In this document: positions 1-12,916 of the stretch, piece by piece
Numbering within the stretch: the stretch's first letter is position 1
Layout of the letters: each line of letters starts with the position of its first letter
Translations under genes and position numbers: made by a program
The notes under the pieces: generated by a model
Told to the model about the DNA's origin: nothing
What the model saw: the letters and a program-made list of their open reading frames with translations, nothing else
The model's database searches: none
NCBI GenBank assembly: GCA_963575745.1
Contig: CAUYUJ010000046.1
Coordinates: 1-64,000 of the forward strand
Direction of reading: 5' to 3'
Origin: Prorocentrum cordatum
Taxonomy: Eukaryota
Length of the DNA: 64,000 nucleotides

Positions 1-42
<42 letters not shown>

Positions 43-219
43 TGTCACTGGACGTTCCGCGGCCTGTGAGTTTTCGTACGTGCAATAAATCAAAACACGC
101 TCGACGCAACCACGATGATGACGAGGAGTGTGCCTTCCAGAGAAACGGTTTCCGGCAACTATTTCACCTTCAGCCCCTACGACGGATAACTTATGTGTTG
201 TTTCTAAATGAATTCAATC

Positions 220-730
220 GCAAACGTGCCGACCCCAGCCTCCCACTGAATTCTTTCATATTCGATGTGTGTCTCAATCGGAGTTCAATAAGACGTGCAC
301 CGATCCCAGCCACCCGCAGAACTCTTCGATACTCTTTTTTCATTTCAATCGGACTTCAGTAAGACACGCACCAGTCCCAGCGCCTGGCAGAATTCTTTAT
401 TGTTCTACTTGTTTTTCCAATTCAAGATTCAATCGGACATGCGCCGATCCCAACCCCCCGCATCATTTCTCAATGCTCGCATAAATTTCCATTCGGAATT
501 CAATGGGAAGTGCACCGATCCCAGCCTCCCGCTCAATTCTTGAACATTCTATCTCTATTTGCTTCTCAATCGGATTTCAAAGGGAAGTTCGCCGACTCTA
601 GTTGGCAATTACTTTGAACTGAATATGGAATGCGCTATGTATTCCAGCCTCCCACCGAATTCTTCAATATCTTGGACGGTTGAATATCCTATTTTCAGCT
701 CGAATTCAATTGCACATGCGCCGATCATCC
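220..730. repeat. Degenerate AT-rich ~72-bp tandem repeat
   Basis: CCGATCCCAGCC-like motif at ~228, 299, 374, 443 and 514. Confidence 0.65.
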
Positions 731-1461
731 TCGTCCTCATTTAGGTGGGGGCCCCGCAGGCTCGCGGGTCGGCGGGGTCAGGCGGCCACCGACCGCAGCA
801 AGGGCGCGACCTCGATCGGGAAGGCGCGAGGCCGGCGTCTGAGCCCCCGACTCCTGCAGGCCGCCGAAGAGAGGCGGGCCCGCCTCGGCACCCGAGAGCC
901 CGCCCCCGCAGCGTGCGTCGAGGCAGAGGCCCCCGGCGCCGAGGGGCATCCCTGCACCCCGGTAGGCAGGGCCGGCTAGGCTCGCCCCATGAGGTTCGCT
1001 GGAGGTCGATCGGCGACCACTCGATCCAGTCACGGCGCCGTGCGGAGAGTGACGCTGGCGGTGACAACCGCGACGGCGACGACGGGGGCATCCACGGCGA
1101 CATCCACGACCCGGGCGCGTGCCGTGAAGGGTGCAAGGTTGCGACGCTGGCTCCCCCCTCCCCCTTTGCCTCCCGATGCGCCCACGTGGCGCCGCGGCGA
1201 TGGTAATCCAGACCCGAGGCATACAGGTGGCCGCGTGGGCGTGTCCAAATGGGGATGAAACGTCCACTGTGTTTCGGAGAAGCATCTGCTAACGTCGAGA
1301 GCACGCTTGGGACCAGATTGCGACGTCGATTGGAACGCCGCAGCATAACAGCCGCAACCGTGCCGAATGAACTGAGTGGAGTGTCCCTGTGCCCCCAGAC
1401 CTCTGAGAGTCTTCAAGGGTGAGTATTGCAGATTCTCTTTGAAAGGTAAACAGAAAATTAG

Positions 1462-2330
1462 CCTGGCGAGGGACCCAACCCTTAGCAACTTCATGCAACG
1501 TTGGTGATGAACATCTCCATGCACATCCCATGTGAGGGCTGTGCCGACTTGACTGGGGAGACGCACACAAACTTTCCAACCGGAGCCGTATGCGGAGCTC
1601 CCTCAGGGGAGCGAAACGCATGCAACTTTCCCACATAGGCCGTACACAATATATGAAGCTCCCAATGGTGCCACGATCCTCGCAATGGGTGCTTCGAAAT
1701 GGACGGCACCGTCATGCGGACCCCCCGCCGAGGCCGTGCGCGAAGCTCCCATATGAGGCCACGATCCTCGTGAAGGGTATGCTGATGTGGGCGGCGCCGC
1801 CATGAGGCCCCTGTCGCCAGGGCCATAAGTCGAGCTCCCTGCAGGCCACGAGCCTTGTGAGGGGTGCGCCGAATGGGGGCGGGGTCGCCGTACGGGCGCC
1901 CATCAGTGGGGCCGGAGGTGGAGCTCCTTTGTGGGGCCAAGAAGCGCGTGAGGGGTGCGCCGAAATGGGCTGGGGGGCACTCTGCGTTTGGTCCCACGGA
2001 GCCCTTCAGTGGAGCTCCCTATCATATATGAGGCCACGAAGCATGTGCGGGGTGTGCCGACACGTTCTGGGGAACGCCGAGTGGCCCTGCCCCCTGGCAG
2101 CTTCGGTGGGCCCCCCCTGTGGGGCCACGACGCGTGCGAGGGGTGTGCCGAAGTGGGCTGGGGGGAGGCTGTGGACGAGCCCCCATTGGGGTGCAGCTCC
2201 CTTGTGGGGCCACGGGGCGTGGGAGGGAGATGTGCCGAGATGAGCATGCGGGTGGCAGACGCAGGGAGGGGAGGAGGAGAGGAGCGGCGGCGAGCGAGGG
2301 GGGGGAAACGAGGAGGAGAACGGCCTCCTC
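1462..2330 (+). repeat. Degenerate copy A of the satellite element
   Basis: CCTGGCGAGGGACCCAACC followed by diverged GGAGCTCCC...GGCCACGA units. Confidence 0.55.
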
Positions 2331-2862
2331 CGATGGCGGCGGGACTTCTCGGGAGCCCTCGCGCCTTCAGAGAAGTGTCCTGCTTCTTCGGGGGAGGCCT
2401 GAGGGGCGCACAGAGACATACTGGTGCTAGATGTCCTCCTTGGAGGCGCGCCTCCGACCTGACCATCTAGTATACCCATCGTGTAGTGCATCGTTTCCCG
2501 AGCGGTGTGGCCAGGAAGCGCCCGCCACGACGCATATGCTAGAAGATTCCTCGGTGCGCGCGTCGCCCCTGGGGGGGCGACGCACACCTAGTATGAGTAT
2601 GCTTGGGCGACGCCGAGCTTAGGAAATTAGTATGTTTGGGCGACGTCGAGCTTAGGAAACTTCTCAGAAGGCCGGGGCACCTCCGAGCCTTCTGAGGAGG
2701 GCCTTCTCCTTCTCGCTGCCCCTCCCTTCGCTCGCCGCAAAGAGACGAGGCAGGGCGCTGCGCGGAGTCAAAGCGAGGGCCCAACTCAGCACGGAGCGGC
2801 TGGAATTCATCCTGGCGTAGGGCACAGCCACGCATTTGGCGTTGGTGATCGTCTATGATTCA

Positions 2863-4595
2863 TTCCCAACCAACCTGTGTTGTTGGGTCCTCGTTTTGAA
2901 GAGACGTCGCCCCGCGTTCTCCTCTCCTCTCCTCTCCTCTCCTCTCCTCTCCTCTCCTCTCCTCTCCTCTCCTCTCTTCTCCTCTCCTATTCCTGTCCTC
3001 CTCTCCTCTCCTCTCCTCTCCTCTCATCTACTATACTCCACTCCTCTCCTCTCCTTGTCCTCTCCTCTCCTCTCCTCTCCTCCTCCCCATCCTCCTCCCC
3101 TCCTCACCTCTTTTCCCTGCCGTTCACCCACCACGGTACAGCGCCTTCGTAGCCCATACGAGGTTTTCCACCGAGGACCCTCAGTGCGACCGTCCACATG
3201 CGCCCCCCCCACTCAGTACAGCGTTTCCTGGCCCCCTAGGGGGCCCCACCGAAGGTCACAGTGCTACCGTCCACATGCGTCCCCTCAACTCAGTACAGCG
3301 CTTCGTGGCCCCATAGGGAGCTCCACCGAAGGCCCCAGTGCCACCGTCCACATGCGTCCCCCCCACTCAGTACAGCGCTTCGTGGCCCCATAGGGAGCTC
3401 CACCGAAGGCCTCAGTGCCACCGTCCACATGTGTCCCCCCCACTCATTACAGCGCTTCGTGGCCCCATAGGGAGCTCCACCGATGGTGCCACCGTCCACA
3501 TGCGCTCACCCTACTAAGGACAGCGCCTTTCGTGGACTCCATAGAGAGCTCCACCCGGAAGGCCCCAGTTGCCAACCGTCCACATGCGTCCCCCCCCATC
3601 AGTACAGGCGTTTGCGTGTGGCCCCATAGAGGAGACGAGCTCCAACAAAGGCCCCTGTGCCACGTCAACATGCGTCACCCCACCCACATAAATCCGTTTG
3701 CGTAATCTCGCGCCTGGCCCCATAGGGAGCTCCACCGAAGGCCCCAGTGCCACCGTCCACATGCGTCCCCCCAACTCAGTACAGCGCTTCGTGGCCCCAT
3801 AGGGAGCTCCACCGAAGGCCCCAGTGCCACCGTCCACATGCGTCCCCCCCAGTCAGTACAGCGCTCTCCTTTTCTTTTCTTTCCTTTTCTTTCCTCGTGG
3901 CCCCCACAGGGAGCTTACACCGAAGGCCCCATGGCCCCCATTTCCAGTGCCAGGTCAACCCCCCCCCCACCCCCATTGCGTCCCCACCCCCTCAAGTACA
4001 GCGTTGCGTCGGCCCCATAGGGAACTCCACCGAATAAGCCCCAGTTGCCACCTTTCCACATGCGCCCCCCCCCCCACCTCAGTTACAGCGCTTCATGGCC
4101 CCATAGGGAGCCCCACCGAAGGCCCCAGTGCCACCGTCCACACGCGCCCCCCCACTCAGTACAGCGTTTCGTGGCCCCATAGTCCACATGCGTCCAGCCC
4201 GCTCAATACAGCGTTTCGTGGCCCCATAGGGAGCTCCACCGAAGGCCCCAGTGCCACCGTCCACATGCGTCCCGAAAGCCCAACGTGGCATATTTACCCA
4301 CCCAGCACAACGTTCCGTGGCCCCTTAGTGAGCTCCACCGAAGCCCCCCGTGGAACCGTCCGCATGCGTCCCGGAAGCCCAATTAGGCATTTGTACCAAC
4401 CCAATACAACACTTCGTGGCCGCATAGGGAGCTCCACCGAAGCCCCCAGTGGGACCGTCCGCATGCGTCCCGGAAACCTTACTTGACACACCACTCACCC
4501 AGAACAGCGCTCCGTGGCCCCATAGGGAGTTTCACCGAGGATGACTTTGACAATTGCGGCACCCACAACTGCACATGGTTGGGTCCTTCGCCAGG
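2863..4595 (-). mobile_element. Satellite-carrying element (HINE-like family), copy B
   Basis: Terminus CCTGGCGAAGGACCCAACC, ~77-bp array, (AGAGG)n, terminus TTCAAAACGAGGACCCAAC...GGTTGGGAA. Confidence 0.75.
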
Positions 4596-4802
4596 ATAAT
4601 TGTTTTGCCGATCGGAACGGACCCCCACCCACCCCTATGGAGTAGATCTTGGCTGCTTTTTGGCGCCTGTCTCGAGCGGGTGGAGTCTCCCCCAGAGGAC
4701 GCACTCTTGCAAACAGTCGCACGAAGCAGAGGTCTGGAGCCAGACCCCGCCCTCTCCCCCCCACCTTGCCGCCCTTTGTCGAGACGCCGAAAACAAAATT
4801 AG

Positions 4803-5610
4803 CCTGGCGAAGGACCCAACCATATGCAGTTGTAAGTACCGCAATTATGAATATCTTCTTCGATGGCGTTCCTTGGCCACGAAGCGCTGTACTGGGTGGG
4901 TGAAGCGCAGGGAGCAAGGGCTGTGCTGGGTGGTGGCGGACGCATGCGGGCGATGCCGTTTGGTCCTTCGCTGGAGCCCCTTATGGGGCCGCGAAGCGCT
5001 GTACTGGGTGGGTGAAGCGCAGGGAGCAAGGGCTGTGCTGGGTGGTGGCGGACGCATGCGGGCGGTGCCACTGGGACCTGCGGTGGAGCTCCCTATGGGG
5101 CAACGAAGCGCTGTACTGGGTGGGTGAAACGCAGGGAGCAAGGGCTGTGCTGGGCGGTCGCCGGCGCATGCGAATGGTGCCGGTGGGACCTTCGGTGGGG
5201 CTCACTATGGGGCCACGAAGCGCTGCACTGGGTGGGTGAAACGCAAGGAAGAGGGGGAGGAGGGCCACGAAACGCTGTACTGGGTGAGGGAGACGCATGC
5301 GGACTGTGGACCTGGAACCTCCGGTGGAGCTCCCTATGGGGCCACGAAACACTGCACTGGGTGGGTGAAACGCAGGGAGGAGGGGGAGGAGGGCCACGAA
5401 ACGCTGTACTGGGTGGGGGGGCGCATGCGGACGGTGGACCTGGAACCTCCGGTGGAGCTCCCTATGGGGCCATGAAACGCTGTACTGGGTGGGTGAAACG
5501 CAGGGAGGAAACGGAGGAAGGAGGACGGAGGAGGGGAGGAGGAGAGGAGGAGAGGAACGCGGGGACCGTCTCTTCAAAACGAGGACCCAACAACACAGGT
5601 TGGTTTGGAA
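4803..5610 (+). mobile_element. Satellite-carrying element, copy C (head-to-head with copy B)
   Basis: Same two termini and array as copy B, in inverted orientation. Confidence 0.75.
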
Positions 5611-6699
5611 AAAACGCTCACCATTGGTCGCACGCTCGCCAGTTGTCTCGCCGAGAGCCTTGCCCCCGCGCGTCTTGCGTGTGGCTGCTCCGGTCGGCCG
5701 CCGCAGGGCGCCCGGGAGGAGGAAGAGGAGGAGGAGGGGGAGGAGGGGGCGGAGGAGGAGGAGGAGGAAAAGGAGGCGGACGAGGAGGAGGGGGAGGAGC
5801 AGCAGGATTAGGACGAGGACGTGTGGAGGTGTAGTGGTGTGAGAAAGTATGGTTGTGCAGCTGAGTGTTCCTTCAGACGTCAGTCGCCGCCCATCCCTGC
5901 CAGAGGACTCCTGACTTCGGTTGGAACTCACTCCGCCGGGTTGGGACATGGGGAAGCGCGGGAGGGGCCGCCAATTGAGCCCACGAGACAAAAGAGACGA
6001 CGCGACGATATGCCTCATCATTCTCCATCCTCCTCCACCTCCTCCACACCTCCTCATTCACAACTCCTCCTCAACTCATCCTTACACCTCCTCCTAACCC
6101 CTCCTCCTCCTTCCTCCTCCTTTACTCCTCCCTCCACCTCCTCCTCCACCACTCCTCCTCATCCTCCAGCCTCCTTCCTCCTCCGCTACTCCTCTTCCTC
6201 CTCTCCTCTTCCTTCCCCTCCTCCACCTCCTCCTCCTCAACCTACTCCTCCTCCTTCCTCCTCCTCACTCCACAACATCCTCCTCCTCCTCATCCTCCTC
6301 CTCCTCCTCCTCCATCCTCTCCTCCTCCTACTCCTCTCCATCTCCTCCTCCTCCTCCTCCTCCTCCTCTCTCCTCCTCCTCATCCCTTCCTCCTCCTCCT
6401 ACCTCATCCTCCTCCTCCATCCTTCCTCTTTCCTACTCCTCATCCTACATCCCTCCTACTCCTCATCATACTACTCCTCCTCTCCTCATATTCCTCATCA
6501 TCCTCCTACTACCTCATCAATCACTCCTCCTGGGGGCGGGTGCGGGGCCGCCATGCGGACCCTGCCGCTGGGGCCTTCGGTGGAGCTCCCTACGGGGCCA
6601 CGAGGCGCCGAACACACAGACATGCGGAGGGCGGAGGCAGGGATGGGAGGAGGGAGGGGGCGGGAGGAAGCAGGCGGAAGGAGGGAACGCGGGGCGCTG

Positions 6700-7575
6700 T
6701 TCCTTCCAAACGACGACCCAAGTCAACACGGGATGGCTGGACAAAAAAACTCCAGACAACACCGAGGATGCAGAGCTGAGGGCCAGTCCGGGCTCAGGAG
6801 GAGCTCCGATGTTCGGGCCGTTCCTTCACCTATCTTTTCGAATGTCCCCCCTTCAAAACGAAGACCCAAGTCAGCATGGGATGACTGGACAAAAAGCTCC
6901 AACAAACACCGAGGATGCAGAGCCGAGGGTCAGTCCGGGCTCAGGAGCCGCTCCGATGTTCGGGCCGTTCCTTCACTCTCTATCTTCTCGAGTGCCCCCC
7001 CTTCGAAACGAAGACTCAAGTCAACACGGGATGGCTTGACAAAAAGACTCCAGCGAACTCCGAGGATGCAGAGCTGAGGGTCAGTCCGGGCTCAGGAGCC
7101 GCTCCGATGTTCGGGCCGTTCCTTCATTCTCTATCTTCTCGAGTGCCCCCCCTTGAAAAAGAAAGACCCAAGTCAACACGGGAGGGCTGGACAAAAAAGA
7201 CTCCAACGAACTCCGAGGATGCAGAGCCGCGAGCCGAGGGCCAGCCCGGGCTCAGGAGCCGTTCCGATGTTCGGGCCGCTCCTTCACTCTACATCGTTTC
7301 GAGTGCCTCCCCTTCAAAACGAGGACCCAAGTCAACACGGGAGGGCTGGACAAAAAGACTCCAGCGAACTCCGAGGATGCAGAGCCGAGGGCCAGCCCGG
7401 GCTCAGGAGCCGCTCCGATGTTCGGGCCGTTCCTTCACTCTCTATCTTCTCGAGTGCCCCCCCTTCCAAACGAGGACCCAAGTCAACACGGGAGGGCTGG
7501 ACAACAAAAAACAACTCCAGCGAACTCCGAGGATGCAGAGCCGAGGGCCAGTCCGGGCTCAGGAGCCGCTCCGAG
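6700..7575. repeat. ~150-bp tandem repeat, about 6 units, containing the 3' terminus of the satellite element
   Basis: CAAGTCAACACGGG-like motif at ~6719, 6868, 7017, 7169, 7328 and 7479. Confidence 0.9.
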
Positions 7576-8139
7576 ATCTGCGGGCCGCCCCCTCCCTTTT
7601 TCACCTCCTCGAGGCCGAGGCTCGCCCGCGGCCAGAAGAGCTCCCCCGTTGTCTGCTCGGCTCTCTCCGCCTCTTGGCCCGAGGGATCTCTCCTCCACCT
7701 CCTCCTCCTCCTCCTCCTCCTCCTCCTCCTCCTCCTCCTCCTCCTCCTCCTCCTCCTCCTCCTCTGTCGTTTCCTGCTCGGCCTTTTCCATCTTGTGGCA
7801 CGAGGGGCCCGGCCCAGAGGGGACACGCTACGCACAAACAAAAACAACAAGCGTGACGTCAGGAGGGTGCACTCCGCATGGACAATGATCGCTCCCCCCG
7901 CCCCCCCCTTGGTTTCGGGGGGGGTGGGGATGGGCGCGCGCCGTCAGGCTTGAGAACTGTGGACGCGAGTGGAGGGGGTGGTCGCGGGGGATGGGGACGC
8001 TCCGTCGGAAGGTTGGTCGCCCTCTCCCCCGATTCTTGTCCCGTCCAGAGTATAGACCTCGCAGCCAGGGGCGCGGGTCCGACGGGCACACGGCCCGCCT
8101 GAACCGCCGCGGACTCCCCCCCGTGTCCCCCTCCTCTGA

Positions 8140-8360
8140 AGGGGCCCGGGGACACACAAATAAAGATACACAAATAACAGGACTCCCCATAGTTTCCCAT
8201 ATCTTCTGGGTTCTTGTCTTCCCCCCCACACTTCCCAGATTTTCCTATATTTTCTGTGTCTGTGTGTTTTTGTTCCCAGGTTTTCCCCAAATAACAGGAT
8301 CCCCCATATTTTCCCATCCTTTCCAGATTGATTGTGTCTGTGTGTTTTTGTTCCCTCCTG
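8140..8360. repeat. Dispersed repeat; second copy at ~42262-42438
   Basis: Shared GGACACACAAATA...CCCCATAGTTTCCCATAT...GTGTCTGTGTGTTT...CCCTCCTGA. Confidence 0.7.
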
Positions 8361-8558
8361 ATCCTCCTCCTTCTCCCTGGGTCGCCCGGCCTGCCGCACG
8401 CGCCCCGCGGCGCGCGGCCGTCTTTGCTGCGCCCCGGCGCCGCCCTTTTGGAGAAGGTTGTACTGGCCATCGGCCCGGGCCGCGGCGTGCCAAAGCGCGA
8501 CTATCCTCGCGCCGCTGGGGGCGGCGGAGCTCCCCCTCTCGGCGATCCAGGATCGAGC

Positions 8559-8681
8559 CTTCGCTCGGACGTCTATTTCCTGTGCTTTTTTCGGTTTCGT
8601 GCGTGGTTTTTTCGCCGAATGATCAAGGATGCTCCTCAATGGTCCTCGCCGAAGGAAAAAAATGCACACGTCCGAGAGATG
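8559..8681. mobile_element. Second copy of the 121-bp MITE, between two ~90-bp direct repeats (8465-8560, 8692-8788)
   Basis: Collinear similarity to 12669-12789. Confidence 0.75.
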
Positions 8682-9639
8682 CCAAGTGTATGGCCCAGCG
8701 GCCCGGGCCGCGACTTGCCAAAGCGCGGCTATCCTCGCGCCGCTGGGGGCGGCGGAGCTCCCCCTCTCGGCGATCCAGGATCGAGCCTGTTGGACGATGT
8801 TTGTGAGGAGCCGAACTCTCTTTACACCGACGCTTTGTCTGGCCCCGCATTGAAGTTCGCACAGGAAAGCAGATCCTGGTGTACACGGGATCCTGGTGTA
8901 TACATGTTTCGTTGCTTCCCCGGCGAAACGGGGAAACAAAGTATACACCAGTCCACCCCGACGTCGTCCGCGACCCTCGAAAAGTCGCAGGACTGAAAAA
9001 CGGCCCGCAACTGGTCATGTATATGTTCCAGTTTCCGAATTCGGGGTGACTGCTTGCCCTCTCGAGGCACTCCCTTGGACACCGCGCCTCAGCGCACCGA
9101 GCATGGAGTGGACTCCACGCTGTGGTGTCGGCACTGATGCTGATGAGGTAAGAGATCTCCCGAGGACAACGAGAACGGTCGAGATGAGGGCCTGCACCTC
9201 CGATGCCGCGCTGCGTGATGCTAAAGATGAGGCCCCAGAACACTCGATCGACCCCTTTCCCAGAGCCGACTTCTACCTTCTGACTCCACTTGTCCGTACA
9301 GACAGTCGGGGCCCTGAAGAGGGAACCCTTCTCGTTGGGGAGGGGCTCCGCGTTCCTTAACTAAGTTTTTCACAGCTTGCCTCGGGCGTTCCTTATGTTT
9401 TCGACAGGAGATCGAAAGTTAACTTATGGAAAAAAGATGAAAAAAGCGGCCTCGTTCCTTATTTAGGGTTCCTTAGGTCAACGCCCCGACTGTACGCCTG
9501 GTGAGGAGCCGGACCCGCCGAACTCGGGAGCCCACCGTGGCCCCCCGTCGCGGACAGCGTGCAGCTGTTTACGGCATTCTGCAGCAGGGGTGTCATACCT
9601 TACCTCGTCGCAGCGGGATAACACAGATCCAACGGCGGC

Positions 9640-9730
9640 GCATCTTTGCTCTGACATACTTGCTTGATTGTTAACTGGGCTAGCCGCATCTTTGCTCTGA
9701 CATACTTGCTTGATTGTTAACTGGGCTAGC
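9640..9730. repeat. Perfect ~46-bp tandem duplication
   Basis: GCATCTTTGCTCTGACATACTTGCTTGATTGTTAACTGGGCTAGC x2. Confidence 0.9.
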
Positions 9731-10584
9731 GTAGCATCTGGTGCGCTTGTGCCCATTCAGGCTATACGATGCGAGCACCCCAACAAAAATACACGATACA
9801 ACTCTCAGAACCGTGCAGGACTGACCACGCGCGGCTGGGTGGGCTTTTGGAAGCTTCCTGTGCAGGCCACTATCCACGCAATTGCATAATAACGGTTGGC
9901 CCAACCTCCTGCCCGGTCATGGCTGTGTCACTGCCCGACCTGGCTTCGGAGTGACAAAGTCAATCAAAAAGCACACCACGCATCGACATAGGTTGAACAA
10001 ACGACACACGCGTAGATATAAATATCCCAGGTACGCGCGGATGTCTTGGATCGGCGATGGACTGCCCTCCCTGGCGCGCGGACCGCGCCAGGAGGGGCAC
10101 CGAAGTCGACGATCCGAAAAAACCGCACGGGCATCCGAACATCAAGTCTGATGCCCCATATCCTGAGGATGGATTTCTTGTTATTTCTTTGACCGCGCGG
10201 AGCGAACACACACACACACAGGAACCTCCCACCCTCAGGTCATCATTCTCTGATTCACTCACATGTAGACTCATTCATACTCAGACTAACTCATACTCGG
10301 TTGCACTCGCTCTCAGATTACTGGTGCTCAGATTTCTCATGCTCGGGATCACTCACATACCGACTCGCTCACATTCCGAGTCGCTTTCCCCAGCTTACAC
10401 ACATTCGCAGGACTTCTCATACCCAAGATTAATCAGACTGAGGTTACTCATACGATGTTTCACTCACATCTAGTCTGACTCATACTCCGACTCACTAACA
10501 TGTAAGCGCACTCACTACCAGAGCAACAAAGCTCGCGCCATGAGCCTCAGACTCGCTCTCAGCTCACACTGAAGTGCACTCGGA

Positions 10585-11085
10585 TTTGCGAGGATGTCTC
10601 AGGCAAGGCGCTGGTTTCAGCTTCCCCCAGCGGGGGGGCGCCAGGGGTATTGCACGGGCCCGTTCGCGCCCAGATTGTGGGTATGTCTCAAGCGGTTTGC
10701 CTGTTTGCGCGCCCAACATCCGCTGCCGTCGGGGCCGTTTTGCGAGGATGTCTCGGGCGAGGCGCTGGTTTCAGCCTCCCCAAGGGCGGGCGCCAGGGGT
10801 ATTGCACGGGCCCGTTCGCGCCCAGGTTGTGGGGAGTCTCAAGCGGTTTGCCTGTTTGCGTGCCCAACATCCGCTGCCGTCGGGGCCGTTTTGCGAGGAT
10901 GTCTCAGGCGAGGCGCTGGTTTCAGCCTCCCCAAGGGCGGGCGCCAGGGGTATTGCACGGGCCCGTTCGCGCCCAGATTGTGGGGATGTCTCAGGCGGTT
11001 TGCCTGTTTGCGTGCTCAACATCGGCTGCCTTCGGAGCAGTTCGCGAGGATGTCTCAGGCGAGGCACTGGTTTCAGCCTCCCCAG
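10585..11085. repeat. ~152-bp tandem repeat, about 3.3 units
   Basis: GCGAGGATGTCTC recurs at ~10587, 10742, 10893 and 11044. Confidence 0.9.
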
Positions 11086-12329
11086 TCAGCGACGGCAAAT
11101 TCGAACTGGAAAGGCCGCTGCGCCCAAGATGCGCAAGATCCGCGTGAAGGGCTTCAGCAGCACGAATAAAACCGACCCCCCGCGCCTATTCGCCCCTCCC
11201 CGTCCCCCCACTCCTCCTCGAAGCCATGCCAGAGAAGGCCGAGGACCCCGTCGCTGGAGGGACGATGAATGTTCACAAGAACTCTATTCCCTTTCCTCCA
11301 CACGGTCTCCCCGCTCCCAGTCGGTGCTGTCAGTCCGCTCCCGCTCGGTGCGCTCTGGCTGGTTTCCCCCGTGCTCCTGGTCGGTGCTCCGTGGCCGCTC
11401 GCGCGCTGTGCTCCGTGGCTGGTGCCCCAGGGTCAGCGCCCGATGCTTGGGGCGCCGTGGTGCCCTGTGGTAGGTGCCATGTGGCTGGTGCCCTCCTCCT
11501 CCTCCTGCTCCTCCTCCTCCTCCTCCTCCTCCTCCTCCTCCTCCTCCTCCTCCTGCTCGTCGTCGCCCTCCTCCTCCTCCTCCTCCTCCTCCTCCTCCTC
11601 CTTCTCCGCCTCTTCCTCCTCCTCCTCCTCCTCCTCCTGCTCGCCGTCGCCGTCGCCCTCCTCCTCCTCCTCCTCCTCCTCCTCCTCCTCCTCCTCCTCC
11701 TCCTCTGTCGTTTCCTCCTCCTCCTCCTCCTCCTCCTCCTCCTCCTCCTCCTCCTCCATGTGACCGGTGCCCTGTGGCAGGTGCCCCAGGATTGGTGCTC
11801 TGTGGCGCCCGGGCGGCCGGTGCCCTGTGGCCTGCAACACGCACGCCGGGCGCCTCGGGGGTGCGATGGGCCTGCTGCCGGGGGCCCACGCGGCGGCGCC
11901 GCGCTTCTTTCGGCGGAAACTATCTCAGAGCTGCGCGTGCCGCGAGAGGCCGGCCAGAGGGAGGCTGCGGCAGGGGGGGCGGGGGAGGGAGAGAGCAGAC
12001 GGCGTGGGGCATCGGGCGTCGGGAGGAGGAGGAGGAGGAGGAGGAGGAGGAGGAGGAGGAGGAGGAGGAGGAGGAGGAGGAGGAGGAGGGGGAGGAGGAG
12101 GAGGAGGAGAAGGAGGAGGAGGAGGAGGAGGAAGAAGGGTGGGGAGGGAGGCTGAGCGGAGGAAGCGCAGACGGCATCAATGCACCACCACAGCTCCTGG
12201 CCGGTGCAGAGACCCGCCTGGCCGAGGCCAGGAAGAGGGATCCGTGCACCGCCCCAGTGGGGCTCCAGATGGTCCTGCGCGGGCGTGGTGGTAGCGTGTG
12301 GCTGCCTGCTGCGGAGAGAAGCGCCCTTC

Positions 12330-12590
12330 CTACACCGCCGAGGCGCCGCTGATGATCTCACACAGCTCCGTGGTGATCTTCGCCTGCCGCGCCCGGTTGA
12401 ACATGAGCGAGACCTTCTCGTACATCTCGCCCGCGTTCTTCGAGGCGTTCTCCATGGCGCTCATCCGCTGCGCCGTCTCCGTCGTAGAGCTCTGCAGGAA
12501 GGCGGTGTACACCGCGCACCCGTAGTAGAACTCGTGCAGGTCGGCCCACACCTCGTAGATGGACGGCTCGAAGGAGTACACGTCCATCGC
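12330..12590 (-). CDS. atp3: ATP synthase gamma, exon 4 (AMDVYSFEP...RMSAMENASKNA...NRARQAKITTELCEIISGASAV*)
   Basis: C-terminal gamma signature; TAG stop at 12332-12330; spliced CDS 113+40+537+261 = 951 nt, 316 aa. Confidence 0.95.
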   Translation of the reverse strand, partial: AMDVYSFEPSIYEVWADLHEFYYGCAVYTAFLQSSTTETAQRMSAMENASKNAGEMYEKVSLMFNRARQAKITTELCEIISGASAV

Positions 12591-12916
12591 CTTTGGCGGA
12601 ACACGCCGACACAACAAAAAACAAGCGCAATCTTCGGAGGCTCCCCCTCTCAGCACCCCTCCCCTGGCCATCGCTCGGACGTCCATTCCCTGTGTTTTTT
12701 TCGGTTTCGTGCGTGGCTGTTTCGCCAAATCATCAAGGATGCTCCTCGATGGTCCTCGCCGAAGGATAAATGCACACGTCCGAGCGATGCCAAGTCCTGG
12801 GGGCAGCACCAGAGGCGCCGCCACGGGTGTGGGAAAGGGGGTCCGGCGTCGGCCCGGGGAGTCCTCGCGGGACCTCCGCAGGCTGTTGCTCGTGCTGCTT
12901 TTGCGCTTGGTCGAGC
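12591..12916 (-). other. Intron 3 of ATP synthase gamma, GC-AG, 326 nt
   Basis: TCCAAG|GCTCG ... CCAAAG|GCGATG. Confidence 0.9.
12669..12789. mobile_element. MITE-like element, 121 bp, with perfect 14-bp TIR, inside intron 3
   Basis: CATCGCTCGGACGT ... ACGTCCGAGCGATG; second copy at 8559-8681. Confidence 0.8.

Noticed and set aside
9040..9360. Possible exon with a GAG|GTAAGA donor
   Set aside because: No recognisable protein in any frame; cannot be supported.
11085..11170. Possible small plus-strand exon (MRKIRVKGFS or DGKFELERPLRP)
   Set aside because: No recognisable homology and no partner exons identified.
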